A stretch of 64,000 bases of DNA from Eukaryota sp. TZLM1-RC. Taxonomy: Eukaryota > Protista > Metamonada: BaSk clade. The notes under the pieces were generated by a model. The model was not told where the DNA came from, searched no databases, and was given only the letters and a program-made list of their open reading frames with translations. Positions 47,240 to 59,209 of this stretch are shown here, piece by piece. The DNA is taken from positions 248,001-312,000 of the forward strand of contig JAUPSS010000009.1 of the NCBI GenBank assembly GCA_040285825.1, written 5' to 3'. Positions within the stretch are counted from its first letter, which is position 1, and each line of letters begins with the position of its first letter. The position numbers and the translations under genes are program-made.

Positions 47240-48299
47240 CTGCTCCTTCCCTTTTTCAAAATAAATCAGCTTATATGAATATGAAACAAAACTATAGCAA
47301 ATAACTAAATAACTATAAATAGTAAGAACTAAATACTGAATTCTACTGTTTTTTATTGTCTACAATTAACTTTGTAGTGATTGGGATTCACACAAACACT
47401 GGTTTTACATTTTTAAGATCGACAATGGATGTACTATGACTTTCCTACAATAATGTTAGTATAAGGTAGTAAGCAATAACTGAAACGGGCCTCGTTCCAA
47501 AATCTGTGTGCTTGAATACTTTGTTGTGTATGTTTTAATCGCTACATAAAGGCGCTCTGCTTCTTCCCTTTTTCGTAAACGAGAAACGTGGTAGTGTCGT
47601 TTAGAAAAGGTATCATGGAATCGAAGAATGGATTCGTTAATGATCATGCAGGGTCTATGTGGGATCAAAAACAACAGTAAGCAAAGAAACAAACCTCAGA
47701 AACCCGAAGCCGACGTCTTTTGTTGTTAAAGTACTGGCTTTACGACTAAAAATATCAGAGGAGCAAGGACCGTATCTTTGCATTGTAGTACAATAACAGT
47801 GGAGGTGGAGTTTCTACTAGTAACCTCGTATTTGGTCGACTTTTCTCGTGTTTGGCTCCATAAGGAAGGAAGCTGCTCGAATGGATAAAAGTCAATTGAT
47901 TCGAGGTAAGGCTCGGTGTCCTTGTTAGGAGTTTGTAGAATCCATCACTGGAGTCATCTTCCTGTCTTTGGATTTTGCTTCCATTAAGGAGGGAGCTGCT
48001 CAAACAAACAGTAATCTGTAGGTTCGAAATAGTGAATGAAGAAAATGAAAAAAAAAAGGTTTGAATCTGTCAGTAAAATTATTAATTTTGAATAATACTC
48101 ATTGCAAAACTTATGCCTTATTACAATGCGAAAACTGGATGAACTCGATTTGTCCTAAATCTATTTTGGTTACAAGTTCAAAAGATGAGGAAATAACCGT
48201 TGAAGTTAAATAGTTGATTTCCACTGTACAAATACATCCTCAATCAATTATCAAAGCAGCAATCAAAATTATTAATTTTATACAATCAAGCTGATAGAA

Positions 48300-48925
48300 A
48301 AACGTTTAATGTCATCCTAATTGTCCAACATGAGACACCTGAATTTTGCGAAGATGATAGCCAAGGACTATGGTGTTTTTTACGTTCTTTTTTACCGATG
48401 ATAAAATTACTGATAAAAATAATTCGGGGTGGAATTCAATGACTGACATTCAACGTATGAGTCCAAAAGAACATAACGTATTTTGGTCATATTTTATTGA
48501 GTTCAATAGACCATTAACTAAAAAGGCTACAAATTTAACAACACCATTGAAACTGATGGTTTTGCAGCCTGTATTGAGCTTCCAAGAGAGACTGCTATTG
48601 GCACGTCCATAAAGCCTGATAGTGCAAAGTTTGCAACCACTGAGAACTATTTGGATGATTTGGACGTTGAATTTCTATCATCAAAACACAAGGTACATAT
48701 AGACCATGGTAAAAGTGATTTACTTTATTTCTGTAGTCAAAACAGATTCAAACTTAATGTAAAAAACCAATTAAAAAGAGATAAACAATATGAGTGTATG
48801 AGATTAACAGAATTGGAGTGGTCAAGGGTGTTGAGAGTTCACCAAAAATTTAGAAAAATCAAAAAGAAAGAGTATATTTTACAGAATGGAATCACAGTGG
48901 AACAAAAGCTACAGAAAAATCAGCA
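48300..48925 (+). pseudogene. Third, divergent Fanzor relic (family C)
   Basis: FNVILIVQHE, FWSYF..YKFNNTIETDGFAACI, KVHIDHGKSDLLYF (RuvC-I); frameshifted and cut by a retro fragment. Confidence 0.75.
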
Positions 48926-48926
48926 G

Positions 48927-49280
48927 CTACATTATCAAAAGAGTAATCAAAATCTTCCATTTATGACAGCTAGATGCAACTTTCTCATAGTGAAATCCAA
49001 GAGAAAGCAGAGCATCAGAAAGCATGTTCAACATCCCCTTAAAATTAGAACACACAATTCTATTTTGCCAAAACAATTTGAGATAATTTCTATTATTTTT
49101 TTGCTTTACAATCATTGCAAAATCTGCCAGAAAACATAAAGCAATGGGAGCAAGTGAACCAAATAGAGCAAATACAAATGGATACAAATGTTTATTATAT
49201 TTTGCATGCTGGTGGGTAGACAATTTGGACAAGGGTTCACTACATTTTTTGATTTTGAAATTTTCAACATTTTTTAACAA
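48927..49280 (-). mobile_element. RLE retrotransposon 3' fragment
   Basis: YPFVFALFGSLAP..FWQNRIVCSNFKG. Confidence 0.75.
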
Positions 49281-49439
49281 TAGAATTCACAAATGTTTCA
49301 TATTATATCAATTCATCTAATAAAAATAGCAAGTTTTCAAAATGACACAAAATGAAATGATCCATGAACCACTGAACAAACAACTGGGCAGTTGAAAGTT
49401 GAGAAACAATCTGTGTATAGTTTTGAAGAAATCAAAATG

Positions 49440-50060
49440 ATATCAAGATGATTGCTGTAAGTACCTAATAAATCTGAGATTGCTTCAAGGAGAACAATTT
49501 GTGATATGTCCTTTGTGTGGTTATGGAGACCTAGGCTTAGATCACTCGTTTCAATGTAGAACAGTCTCAAGAATGGTTACACAAAGACATGACGAAGTAA
49601 ATATTTTTATTAACGAATTAAATAATTTTGTATCTGAAAAGGAATTTAAATTTGGTTTAAATAAGCAGTTACGTGTTGATGGCTTTCAAAAGTCAACCAA
49701 AATTGCTTATGATGTTACCATAGTTGGAGGTTATGGTAATAATTGGAGTGATGCTTTTTCGAAAGCTTATTCTGATAAAATTGCAAAGTATTCAATTTTA
49801 AAAGAATTAAATTTAATTAACCAAATTGTTCCTCTCGTTTTTAGTGTTCATGGGGGTTTTTACACTAAAACAAAAGTACTAATTGACCAATTTGGATGGA
49901 ATGAGGTAGCAGATGAAATAAGTTGTATCATTTTGAAGAATAGCTTTAAATGCCACAGTGCTTTTAATTATATACTTCAAAAGAAAAGAGAAGATCGTCA
50001 ATGTTGGTAGGTAGTTGTTTTTTTAGTATTCAAGTAGTTTCTTCTTAATTTTCAATAAAA
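49440..50060 (+). mobile_element. RLE retrotransposon 3' part, distinct family
   Basis: CPLC..HSFQC..TQRHD knuckle; LRVDG..AYDVTIV..KIAKY..VPLVFSVHGG; AATAAA near 50054. Confidence 0.8.
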
Positions 50061-50071
50061 GTAAATCATAT

Positions 50072-51151
50072 ATGTACCCAGTTTTCCTCATTGGTTTCAA
50101 TACTACTGACCCTACCGTACCAGCAGTTCTGTCTCTCACTGATGACACTATTGTTTTTTATAAATGTCCCGTAGTTGAAGCTTATGATACAACGCAACTC
50201 ACAATTTTCGCTGATGTAGCCACCAGTCTCCTTAAACAGAAACCACTGTCAAAGCTGTTATCTATCAATGTCCATAATGAACTTCACTCTCTTTCTTTTG
50301 CTTCCGACAATCAGTCAATCTTTAGGCTAACCCTTTCTCAATCAAACCATCTTGTAATATACTCCAAGTTTCGTTCACACATTCTTCTTCAACTTTCTTC
50401 TCTTGTTCCCGCTTCTTTTCTCTCTCAGTTAAGACCAATTGTTGCAGGCACTCATCTATCAGCTGATTTGTACTTTGATGTAGTTTATAATGGTCATGAT
50501 TCTCAACTTTTTATTAACAAGGAAGGTGTGATAATACCTAAATTATTAAGTTTAAAATTGAATGAAATCAATCGTGTCAAGATTGAAGAAAAGAGTAATC
50601 AGTCTCATTATGATCTACTGATATCGTCATCAGGTCAAAATGACACGTTTCAACACGTGATTTCTGTAACTTTTGATCCATATTATGAACTACTGATATC
50701 GATTTCGTTTAATCTTACGCAGTTAGAAACCTTCAAAAACGGCAACCAACCAAACAATCACATCACTCAACCCAATCAGGAAGATTTTTCTTCTCTTTTA
50801 CTATTTCTTTCTCAAGGAACCAAACTCACCAAACATTATCAAAAAAGAACCTTTGGAATTAAGTCAAAATCATCCTCCAAATTTCACTGGAAAACCAATG
50901 TTCGCCATTTCTCTGTTGATTGTTCTCAGTCACTTTTACTTTGGGGAAAGACCAAGAATAGCCAAAAGAAGCACGCCGTCATTACTGGCGTAGATCTTTG
51001 TTTGCCTTCGTCTTTAACGTTGTCTTCCTCTTTAAGAAACACTTTTAGAATTACTTTTCTAGATAGGCCTTCGTTGTATTTGACTGCAAGAAGCAAGGGC
51101 ACTTTTGAGTCATGGTATCAAGGTTTGTCGTTCTTAAGCAGGAATAAGTAG
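50072..51151 (+). CDS. Hypothetical protein with C-terminal PH-like domain
   Basis: 359 aa; LSQGTKLTKH..RHF..LLWGK..FRITFLDRPSLYLTA..WYQGLSFL. Confidence 0.65.
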   Translation: MYPVFLIGFNTTDPTVPAVLSLTDDTIVFYKCPVVEAYDTTQLTIFADVATSLLKQKPLSKLLSINVHNELHSLSFASDNQSIFRLTLSQSNHLVIYSKFRSHILLQLSSLVPASFLSQLRPIVAGTHLSADLYFDVVYNGHDSQLFINKEGVIIPKLLSLKLNEINRVKIEEKSNQSHYDLLISSSGQNDTFQHVISVTFDPYYELLISISFNLTQLETFKNGNQPNNHITQPNQEDFSSLLLFLSQGTKLTKHYQKRTFGIKSKSSSKFHWKTNVRHFSVDCSQSLLLWGKTKNSQKKHAVITGVDLCLPSSLTLSSSLRNTFRITFLDRPSLYLTARSKGTFESWYQGLSFLSRNK

Positions 51152-51494
51152 GTGGTTTGTACCTTTTTTTTGTTTTAGAAATCCAGAATTTCTCATTCTT
51201 TTTTTGATGAATATTGAGTTTTTGTTGTTGTCATTCACTCTTCAAGTGCACTGTTTTCAATTTTTTTATTTTTATTTATCTTTTTTAGCAGTACTATGAG
51301 GAAGTTTTCCTAGTTTCTAATCTGCAGTCCTTCTCCTTTTACAACTTACATTGTAAATAAGGTTTAGTGAAATTAATATAGCTGCAATTGCTGTACATTT
51401 GTTCAGTTAGTAAACAAAATTGACCATTTTTGATCATTTTTTAATAGAACATTTACCTGAAATCCCACTCAAATCCACTCTTCCTCTTCTTTCA

Positions 51495-53300
51495 ATGACT
51501 ACTTTCAAAAAGGACGACTTTACACAGTTCCTCAACAACTCAGTGCTCACGCTCAACAATGTAAATACTCGCATATCTTCTCTTTCTCCAACACTAAGCG
51601 CTGTAAGTGAACACCTTTTCAATACTAAACAAACAATTGCCAAGGCGACAGAGTTAACCAATTCCATTACATCTGAAGTTACTCAACTTTCTTCCTTGGA
51701 ATCCGATGTCCAAGCTACGTTGGATGCTCTTGACACCCGTATGGACACTGCCACTGCTTCTAAGGTATCTGAATACGCATCCACCTTGATTACTGAATTA
51801 GAAGCAAGATTTGATAGTCGTCTTTGGTGGAGGCAAAATTTTTCCACCCCTGAAGGAGCATCCTACACCTCCATTACTATATCCATCCTTGATCACACTG
51901 CTCGTCTTGCTCGCTCTTTCCTCCCCTCCTCTCAACTCCCCTCTAATGCACCAGACTCACCCATGACGAGGCCGAGAGTGGTCATTGCTTTGAGCGAGAG
52001 GACATTGGAATACTGTCAAGAAGTTATTGCTGCTCTGATTAAGGAATTTGGTTTGTATAACATTACTGAATTCTGCCAAAAAAACTCCCAACCAGGAGAC
52101 TTGTCTTTTGTCCTGGATTTGATCGTCTCTTTATCTAATTCTATTATCAAGTTTAAACTATTCACTTCTTCAATTCTCTCCAAATTACCATTTATATCCT
52201 TTAATTTTACGAATCCTGAACATGAATTATTTCCTATTTATTTAGAATTAGAATCTAAATATCTGTATTCATCACTTAAATTAGCTTTTGAATATGATCA
52301 GGAACTGGAAGCTCAAATACTTTCTAATTTCCACCAGAATCTTAAAGACCAAAAACCTGAGCCTTTGCTTTCTGGCAATGTGGCGGATTCTTTATTTGTT
52401 TTGGAATGTAGTATAGAAAGATCTTTTGGCTTTCTCTCTAATTCAATTTTAAATTCTATTATTCATGAAATTTCTTCTCAATTACCATCAATTTTTAAAA
52501 CCCTTAGCTCAAAAATCGGCGTTATTTTTGACCTGATTGATGATGACAGAATCACGTTTTCTGATGGATTAGTTTTGATTACTTGCCTTGTTAATGATGC
52601 CGGTGTCATTCCATCAATTCCTGGAAGGTTGGTTAAGAGAATTAAGGGGATTTATGGCAATTTGACTGCTAATCAATCACAATTGATTAAAATTGATGAC
52701 GTTATATCACACGTCAACTCTATTTTAGTTGAAAAACTCTATAAAAACTTTGCTAATAATGTTTCTAAGCATATTCTCTCTCTGTTTCGACCTTCTCTTC
52801 TTTCCCTTCTTCCAAGATCCCTCCCTTCTGTACTTTCTTCCCAGGAATTAACCGAAGATCCTTCCAATTGGGTAACATCATTGTGTCAGTTTCTAGAAGG
52901 GAAGGTATTTGGGTCTTTAATTGCTGTTGGGTGTGATTCTTGGCTATATTTTCTAGGTTTTACTTTGTTAAACTTTATTTTATCAAGAATTGAATTTGTG
53001 GTGTTCAAGTCTGATTTTAATGTTTTTGGTGGTTTATGCTTGGAAAAAGATGTAAACTTTGTTTTTTCCTTTGCTAGCAATTTGTTTAATCAATCTTTTT
53101 CTTCATTATTCTCACGATTTCAACAAGTTTCTTTGATTTTGACCTTGACCTCTCTAGAAGATTTGACTTCCTTCTTGGAAACTGATTTTGAATGGGTACT
53201 TTCTAATGAAGAAATAGGTAAGATTTTGTTACTGAGAAAAGACTTTGGTGTGGATCAGGTGCGCCAGTTTGGGTTGAAACATTTAAACTTATCAATGTAA
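51495..53300 (+). CDS. COG4: Conserved oligomeric Golgi complex subunit 4
   Basis: N-terminal coiled coil; C-terminal FNVFGGLCLEKDV..FSRFQQVSLIL..WVLSNEEIGKILLLRKDF signature. Confidence 0.75.
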   Translation: MTTFKKDDFTQFLNNSVLTLNNVNTRISSLSPTLSAVSEHLFNTKQTIAKATELTNSITSEVTQLSSLESDVQATLDALDTRMDTATASKVSEYASTLITELEARFDSRLWWRQNFSTPEGASYTSITISILDHTARLARSFLPSSQLPSNAPDSPMTRPRVVIALSERTLEYCQEVIAALIKEFGLYNITEFCQKNSQPGDLSFVLDLIVSLSNSIIKFKLFTSSILSKLPFISFNFTNPEHELFPIYLELESKYLYSSLKLAFEYDQELEAQILSNFHQNLKDQKPEPLLSGNVADSLFVLECSIERSFGFLSNSILNSIIHEISSQLPSIFKTLSSKIGVIFDLIDDDRITFSDGLVLITCLVNDAGVIPSIPGRLVKRIKGIYGNLTANQSQLIKIDDVISHVNSILVEKLYKNFANNVSKHILSLFRPSLLSLLPRSLPSVLSSQELTEDPSNWVTSLCQFLEGKVFGSLIAVGCDSWLYFLGFTLLNFILSRIEFVVFKSDFNVFGGLCLEKDVNFVFSFASNLFNQSFSSLFSRFQQVSLILTLTSLEDLTSFLETDFEWVLSNEEIGKILLLRKDFGVDQVRQFGLKHLNLSM

Positions 53301-53360
53301 GGACTTTGTTACGTTCTTTTGTGTTTATTTTTGTCCAAAACTTTGATTTTTTTAGACCTG

Positions 53361-53377
53361 GGGTAGGGTTAGGGTTG
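53361..53377 (+). repeat. Short interstitial TTAGGG-like tract
   Basis: GGGTAGGGTTAGGGTTG in AT-rich DNA downstream of COG4. Confidence 0.45.
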
Positions 53378-53626
53378 GATTTTTGTAAATGTCTTTCGTA
53401 GTGATTATTATTATTATTATTATTTTCGCTCTCAGTTTTTTTCTCTTATGTGAATATACATTTTCAACCTTTTATCATTATTGAGTGGAATTGATTTAAA
53501 TTTTTTACACTTACAATAAATTTTGTGCTTCAATTATGTGTTTTAGTAAAGAATATAAAGAATCTAGGTGGCAAAATTGCAAGCTCAACAACCTACCACT
53601 TGTACAACCCACGACGTTGTTGCTCC

Positions 53627-55012
53627 ATGTCAACTGCCGAACGTACACTTGTTTTAAAGAACCTTCCTCAAGATGTTACTGAACAATCCGTACCGTACCT
53701 CCCAAGTCGTTAAACATAGATTTCCCAGATGCTTTCCCCTTTTGGTTCTATTTTGTCAATTAAACTACCTAGAGGTCCAAATGGCTCAAAGGGTTATGCT
53801 TTTGTTGAATTTAGCTCCAAGTCCACTGTCTCTAATGTACTAGCTGTTCCCCTTTACCTTCACAACCAACCAATCATTGTAGAACCCCATGATCCAGATG
53901 TCATCCCTCCCCATCTCAAGTTTAAACGTAACATTGATTGGCAATGTAGTACATGTAAGAACTACAACTTTGGATCTCGAAATTGTTGTGTTTTTTGTGG
54001 ATCAGCAGCTGATCCTTCAACAACTGCTTCCCGTCAATGTCAATACTATACAGATACCCTTATTATCCGACACATTCCTCCTACCACGTCACATGCCGAT
54101 GTCCACGCTTTTATTAAATCTAACTGCAAGAAGCTACCACGGTCAGCTGTATTCAGTAGGAAAAAAAGTGACGTGTTTGTGGCATTTGACAGTCCCAATG
54201 AAGCACTTTCTTGTCTTCGATGTCTTCAGCGACGAAGCCCTTGTTCAGTCTCGGAAGGTGTTGTCTGCCCCGATCCGTTAACGGGGAATTTAACCCTTTG
54301 TGGAGAACTTGTTTCCGTTTGTTTTGCAAGGTCTCCAACAGCTGGGGATGGTAAGAGGCGTTGGGAGGAAGCGCCAGAAGAGTTGAAACAGAGGGACGGT
54401 ACTGTTGTGGAGAAACAAGAGGAATTGAAGGATGATTCTTCAGTTGATTGGATAATGGCCACTTTTAGAGAAATTGCCAGTGAGCGAAAGGACTCAAACA
54501 AGACTACCGAGCCTGAAATTCCAAAGGCATTTGTTTTTGACCAAGTTTCTGGACTTTATTATTTACCTGGAACTTTTAAATTATTTGATCATTTTAATAA
54601 TTCGTTTTATGAATTCAATCCTGACAATTTGGAATTTACTCCTATAGAACCCTTGTCTGATCAACAAATAGATTCTATTTTGGACACAGTAGTAGACGAA
54701 ACACAGACTCGCGAGGAGATTGTCATACCTTCTTCTACTTCTTCACTTAGTTTTTCTACTCCTTCTAGATGGAAAGGCTTCCCTGTCTTGAAGGTTGATT
54801 CTGTTTCCCGCAGTGATAGAGCCGAAGAGAGAAGGAAAAAAGAAGGAATTGTTTCCAGTAGACAACGAATTCAAACTTCTTCTTCCAGTAAACCTTTAAG
54901 TATCAAGAATAAGGGTAGATTGCTCTTGGAGCACTTGGGATTCGTTCAAGATGGTAAAGACTTAGCTGCATTTGTTCCACCAATGAAGAAGGGCAGAAGA
55001 GGTATTGATTGA
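53627..55012 (+). CDS. RBM5/RBM10-like RNA-binding protein (RRM, RanBP2 ZnF, RRM, OCRE, G-patch), 2 exons
   Basis: The 30-nt intron 53690-53719 joins LKNLPQDVTEQS to ISQML; KGYAFVEF; WQCSTC..NF..R..C..C; FDQVSGLYY; NKGRLLLEHLGF..G. Confidence 0.85.
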
Positions 55013-55679
55013 GTTTTAAGGTAAACTCTGTTTGTTTAGGCTGCCCGTAGAAAATAATTCAAATTGTTTTTTCCAGGGTTGTGTTTGAATATAAACAATT
55101 TTTTTATATGGCCATGTATCTAAATCACCTAATAATGGAGAACAACTTATAAATCAACATCTCATTAATCCATATCTTTCAAAAAACACAACTAGAAGCA
55201 AATCTCAAAACTCAAGTGCTGTAATAAGTCATGGGAACAAAGAACGACATAGTAAATTGCGTCAATTTAAAGAATACATTAAAAGAATAATTTCATTAAG
55301 GTTTGAATTACATTAACAAAATTGAATTTGATCCCGTTAGTTGTGTTGTAGTTCAATATTAAACAGATCTAACAAAACAATAAAGTAGATGTAGTTTTTG
55401 TGGTTAATTACAGTTCTGGCTATGTAGTAAATTGTCAATAGCAGCTGCAGACCATAAGTGAGAAACATTTCAAATAAGTTGGGGACAAGCAACATGACAG
55501 GAGGGAGTAATGTTCAGTAAGTGTGTATTTCTTTTTTCAGCTCAAAATTAACAGAGGAGATTTTGATCTAAAAAGGCTGTCAATAATATATCAATAATAT
55601 ATAATACGTTTTATTGTTTAACAACTTTTTTAAGGTAAGTAATTTAGGTCAAAGTTAGGGGTAAATACTTCAAATCACT

Positions 55680-56050
55680 TCAGCACTGCTCTTGATACCA
55701 TTGAAATCCAGTGTAAATAAAAGATGGAGATCACTCCTCCAATTGCAATAAAACGAATACCACCGTTTAACTTCTCTACACGAATCAATTTTGGATAACT
55801 TAGATGTGTAGGAAAGCTTTGTAGGTAGGAAAGCTTTGAAGATTTTAGATAAATTAGTTATATAAACGTGTCACTGAAGGAATTATTGTAAAGAAATTTG
55901 GCAGCACATTTCAGATGATCAAAGGTGATCATTTAAGGTTCAGCAGCTTTACCATATGGTCAAGAAAATATAGCAAGCGATACTTGAACTTCAGAAAAGG
56001 GCAGAGATCTCCAATAGCTTACAGATTCGGAAGATGTCATCAGACTATTA
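55680..56050 (-). mobile_element. Degraded RT-proximal fragment of a CRE-like retrotransposon
   Basis: PYGKAAEP..ITFDHLKCA..NGGIRFIAIGG, a variant of the GIRPIAIG RT motif. Confidence 0.6.
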
Positions 56051-57063
56051 CGTGTGACAATTAATACAACAAAAGATGGTCAGTGTTCATATTTTCCGAG
56101 TGTGATATGACATTATTCAGTGGTGTCTATACTTTTGACTAATCAATTTATCAATTCCCTTTTTGAAATGCACTTTTTCTGAAATTTGGAAATATTGTTT
56201 ACGATTTTGATAATGTTTCAGTCCATTTCTTTCTTCAACTGATAAACAACATTTTTCTAATTTAATTCAATAATTAAATTAAATTTCTGTTTCCAAATAG
56301 CTTCTTCTTTGTTTTTTTATTTCAGATTAACTTTTCAAGTCAGGATCAAATAAATTTGGCAAAATATGGTTTTTCTGAATTGAATATTCCTTATACAATA
56401 AGGTATACTCAGGACAACCAAGATTACCTTTACATGGTGGCAATTACCAATAATCCACATTGACAGTTCCAGTGACACCTAGTCAATACTTCAACGTTCT
56501 ACTCAATAGAGATTCAATAGTGGTTTCAGCGATTTGTAATTCATTGACTTGTAAATACTATGGAAACAATTTTGAAAATTATAAGTCATTGTTTTGGCCT
56601 TCATTTTGTCTGATAGATCTTGGTTTTCGAAATATTTAATCATTTTTTAAATCTTGGACAAAACAAAATTGGAAAACTGAGGGTATTACAAGTGACTGTT
56701 CAGTCATGTTTGCCTAAAGCCATAAAACGATATTCCTTGTGTATAAATGTGCTTCAAAATGATTAATTTTTAAGTATAGGTAAGTTATTGTAAATAAAAC
56801 TAATGGAAACACTAGTAGCTTATATTTGTTTAGTTAATGATTAATATTAAATTTAAATTATAAATTATTTCTTGTTTGATTCAATGCTGAAATGATTTTT
56901 GACTAAACAGTTTCAGAGTCGCCTAAATTATACTTACTATACAATTATTTTGTACATACAGTATACTTGAGAACAGTACAAAGAAACATACAAAACATAC
57001 ACTATTAATCAATTACAAAATAGATTTACACAAACGTTGTTCATATCAAATTCAATAGAAAAT

Positions 57064-57829
57064 CTAATAACGGGGTTGTTGCCATTGTTGTTGTTGACCA
57101 GGGAAACCACCAGGCTGCATTCCAGGTTGTTGACCAGGGAATCCACCTTGTTGAGGTTGTTGCCATTGTTGTTGTTGACCAGGGAAACCACCAGGCTGCA
57201 TTCCAGGTTGTTGACCAGGGAATCCACCAGGCTGTTGTCCAGGGAAACCACCGTGTTGAGGTTGTTGACCAGGGAATCCACCAGGCTGTTGTCCAGGGAA
57301 ACCACCGTGTTGAGGTTGCTGACCAGGGAATCCACCAGGCTGTTGTCCAGGGAAACCACCAGGTTGCATACCAGCAGGTTGGATGTTCCAGGTTTGATTA
57401 GGAGAAGGAGGATTTTTGCAGTTCCAGAGATTGACGGGTTGGTTTTCTTGGGCTTGGTTGCGAGGTACATCTAAACACATTCTCTGGTTTGCTCTAACGC
57501 AGATCTGGCCATTGTGATTAACAAAGAAGATTTGGTTTTGCTTATTGTTACCACGATCCCATAGAACAAGTCCAGCACCAGCACGATGAATTTCGTTTCT
57601 CTCAACGTCCATGACAAGGCCAGAAGCTTGGTGGCGGATGGTACCATCACGATCGATGTTCCATTGTTGACTACAATAAGTATGGAATAAAAACAAACGC
57701 GGGATCGTTGGGACGAAGTTGTTGAGTGACAACACGGGCACCCTTTGGGTTGCGGCCGAATTCGATGCCCAACACCCAGTTGTTACCTAAACGGGTGAAG
57801 ATATTTACGGGTCCTTGATTGGGATGCAT
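57064..57829 (-). CDS. Ricin-B (beta-trefoil) lectin with Gln/Pro/Gly-rich tail, 2 exons
   Basis: ATG 57829; 28-nt intron 57671-57698 (GTTTGT..TGTAG); QQW, NQIF and NQTW motifs; CLDV. Confidence 0.88.
57070..57380 (-). repeat. Coding tandem repeat QQPGGFPG
   Basis: Repeated 24-nt-based units, some near-identical at DNA level. Confidence 0.9.
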
Positions 57830-58489
57830 AACTGAAATGTGAAAAATGGTACTTTTGATTGATTCTTTCAATCACGATTTCGATTACTTAATCAATCATA
57901 TATCTCCAACAACTGGTACCCCTGTGTAAAGTGTCAGGATACTGAATGTATTGCACCTAATTGCACTTATTGTCACAAGGTTTGTCATGACCATTGAACT
58001 CACATTACAGGAATCAGTGTTCTCAAAACTTGTCTCGTTATGTAGAGCGCAGAAAATGTTACAGGGGGTGACCTTGATCATGTGTTTTCAATTTATGATT
58101 TGTCAGGAGTTCATGAGTTTGTTGGATTTTCTACTACTTTTCAAACAAAGCAGTTCCACCTGTATCTACAAACCGAAAGTGGTCAATCTTTTTTTGATTG
58201 TATTAGTAAGAATAATTGTAACCAACATTGGTTGATTTCAAGGTCTACTTTTGATCAATTCAGTGATTTAGGACCCTTAAATGCAATACAACAATTACCT
58301 TTGAATTCGATTAATTAAAAACAACTGAACAATCGTGACGACTATGCAGAATTCAAAGCAATTATTTTGTTGGTGTATAACAATAATTTTTTTTATTTTT
58401 ACCATTGTCATTGTGTTATTATTGATTTTTTCTTAATTATTGTCCTTTTAGTACAGCTTTGGTTGTTGTTTGTTGGTTGCATATCGGTT

Positions 58490-58790
58490 TTCAATATCTG
58501 AAATCTTTCAGGAGACGTTCAGCCACATAAAATAGCGATCTGTTTAGTGACTTCAGAACAATAGCTGGTTTATGGAAATCAGAAAAGATGTTGTCCAGAT
58601 TTGATATTTTTCTTTGGCGCTCACGAATTGAATTTGCGATAATTGATAGATTACCTCGGTTCCTCTATCGAATAAGAGAACCAATAGCGAGAAAACAAGC
58701 AGATCAGTATTTTGTAGAGGAAATCTTGGTTCAATGAATTTGGTTTCATTAGTTCTAATCTTGTTTTGTTAAGTGTTGAAGTCCGATAAA
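58490..58790 (+). mobile_element. RLE retrotransposon 3' fragment
   Basis: RFDIFLWRSRIEFAIIDRLPRFL..YFVEEILVQ*, related to 44057-44543. Confidence 0.7.
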
Positions 58791-59209
58791 GTAGAAATTA
58801 GGGTAAAGCACTAACATAGTGTGTGCAATTTTTCTTCCATTGTGGCACTACCCACCACGTGAACCGCGTGCTCTACAAGATGGTAAATATGAACATTATG
58901 GAGGTGTGGTTTTCAGCCTATGAAATGCTATTACTTTCTGATATGACTGACTGATTACTCATTATGAATAAAACATGTCCATTTCCAAAAATGATGATCT
59001 GTCAGGGTTAGGATAAGACATTGTATCTTAAAATACATTAAGATTTATTACAAATAGAATTCCTTTGGCTTAAGCACAAGGACACAATTACATAATAAAT
59101 CATAATATAATACTAACAGCTATAACATGTATAAACTAAATATAAACCTATCCAAGCCTAACATTAACACAATAAATATTAAACCCATCACTAAACTGTT
59201 TTTCCAGAA

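Noticed and set aside
46210-48010. Short ORFs (ARM-like 46397..46594; 47456..48003)
   Set aside because: Fragmentary with no clear motifs; possibly decayed genes but not supportable.
57009-57474. Repetitive ORFs 57009..57470(-) and 57037..57474(+); array-like repeats
   Set aside because: Alternative-frame shadows of the lectin's QQPGGFPG coding repeat; no unique spacers, so not a CRISPR array.
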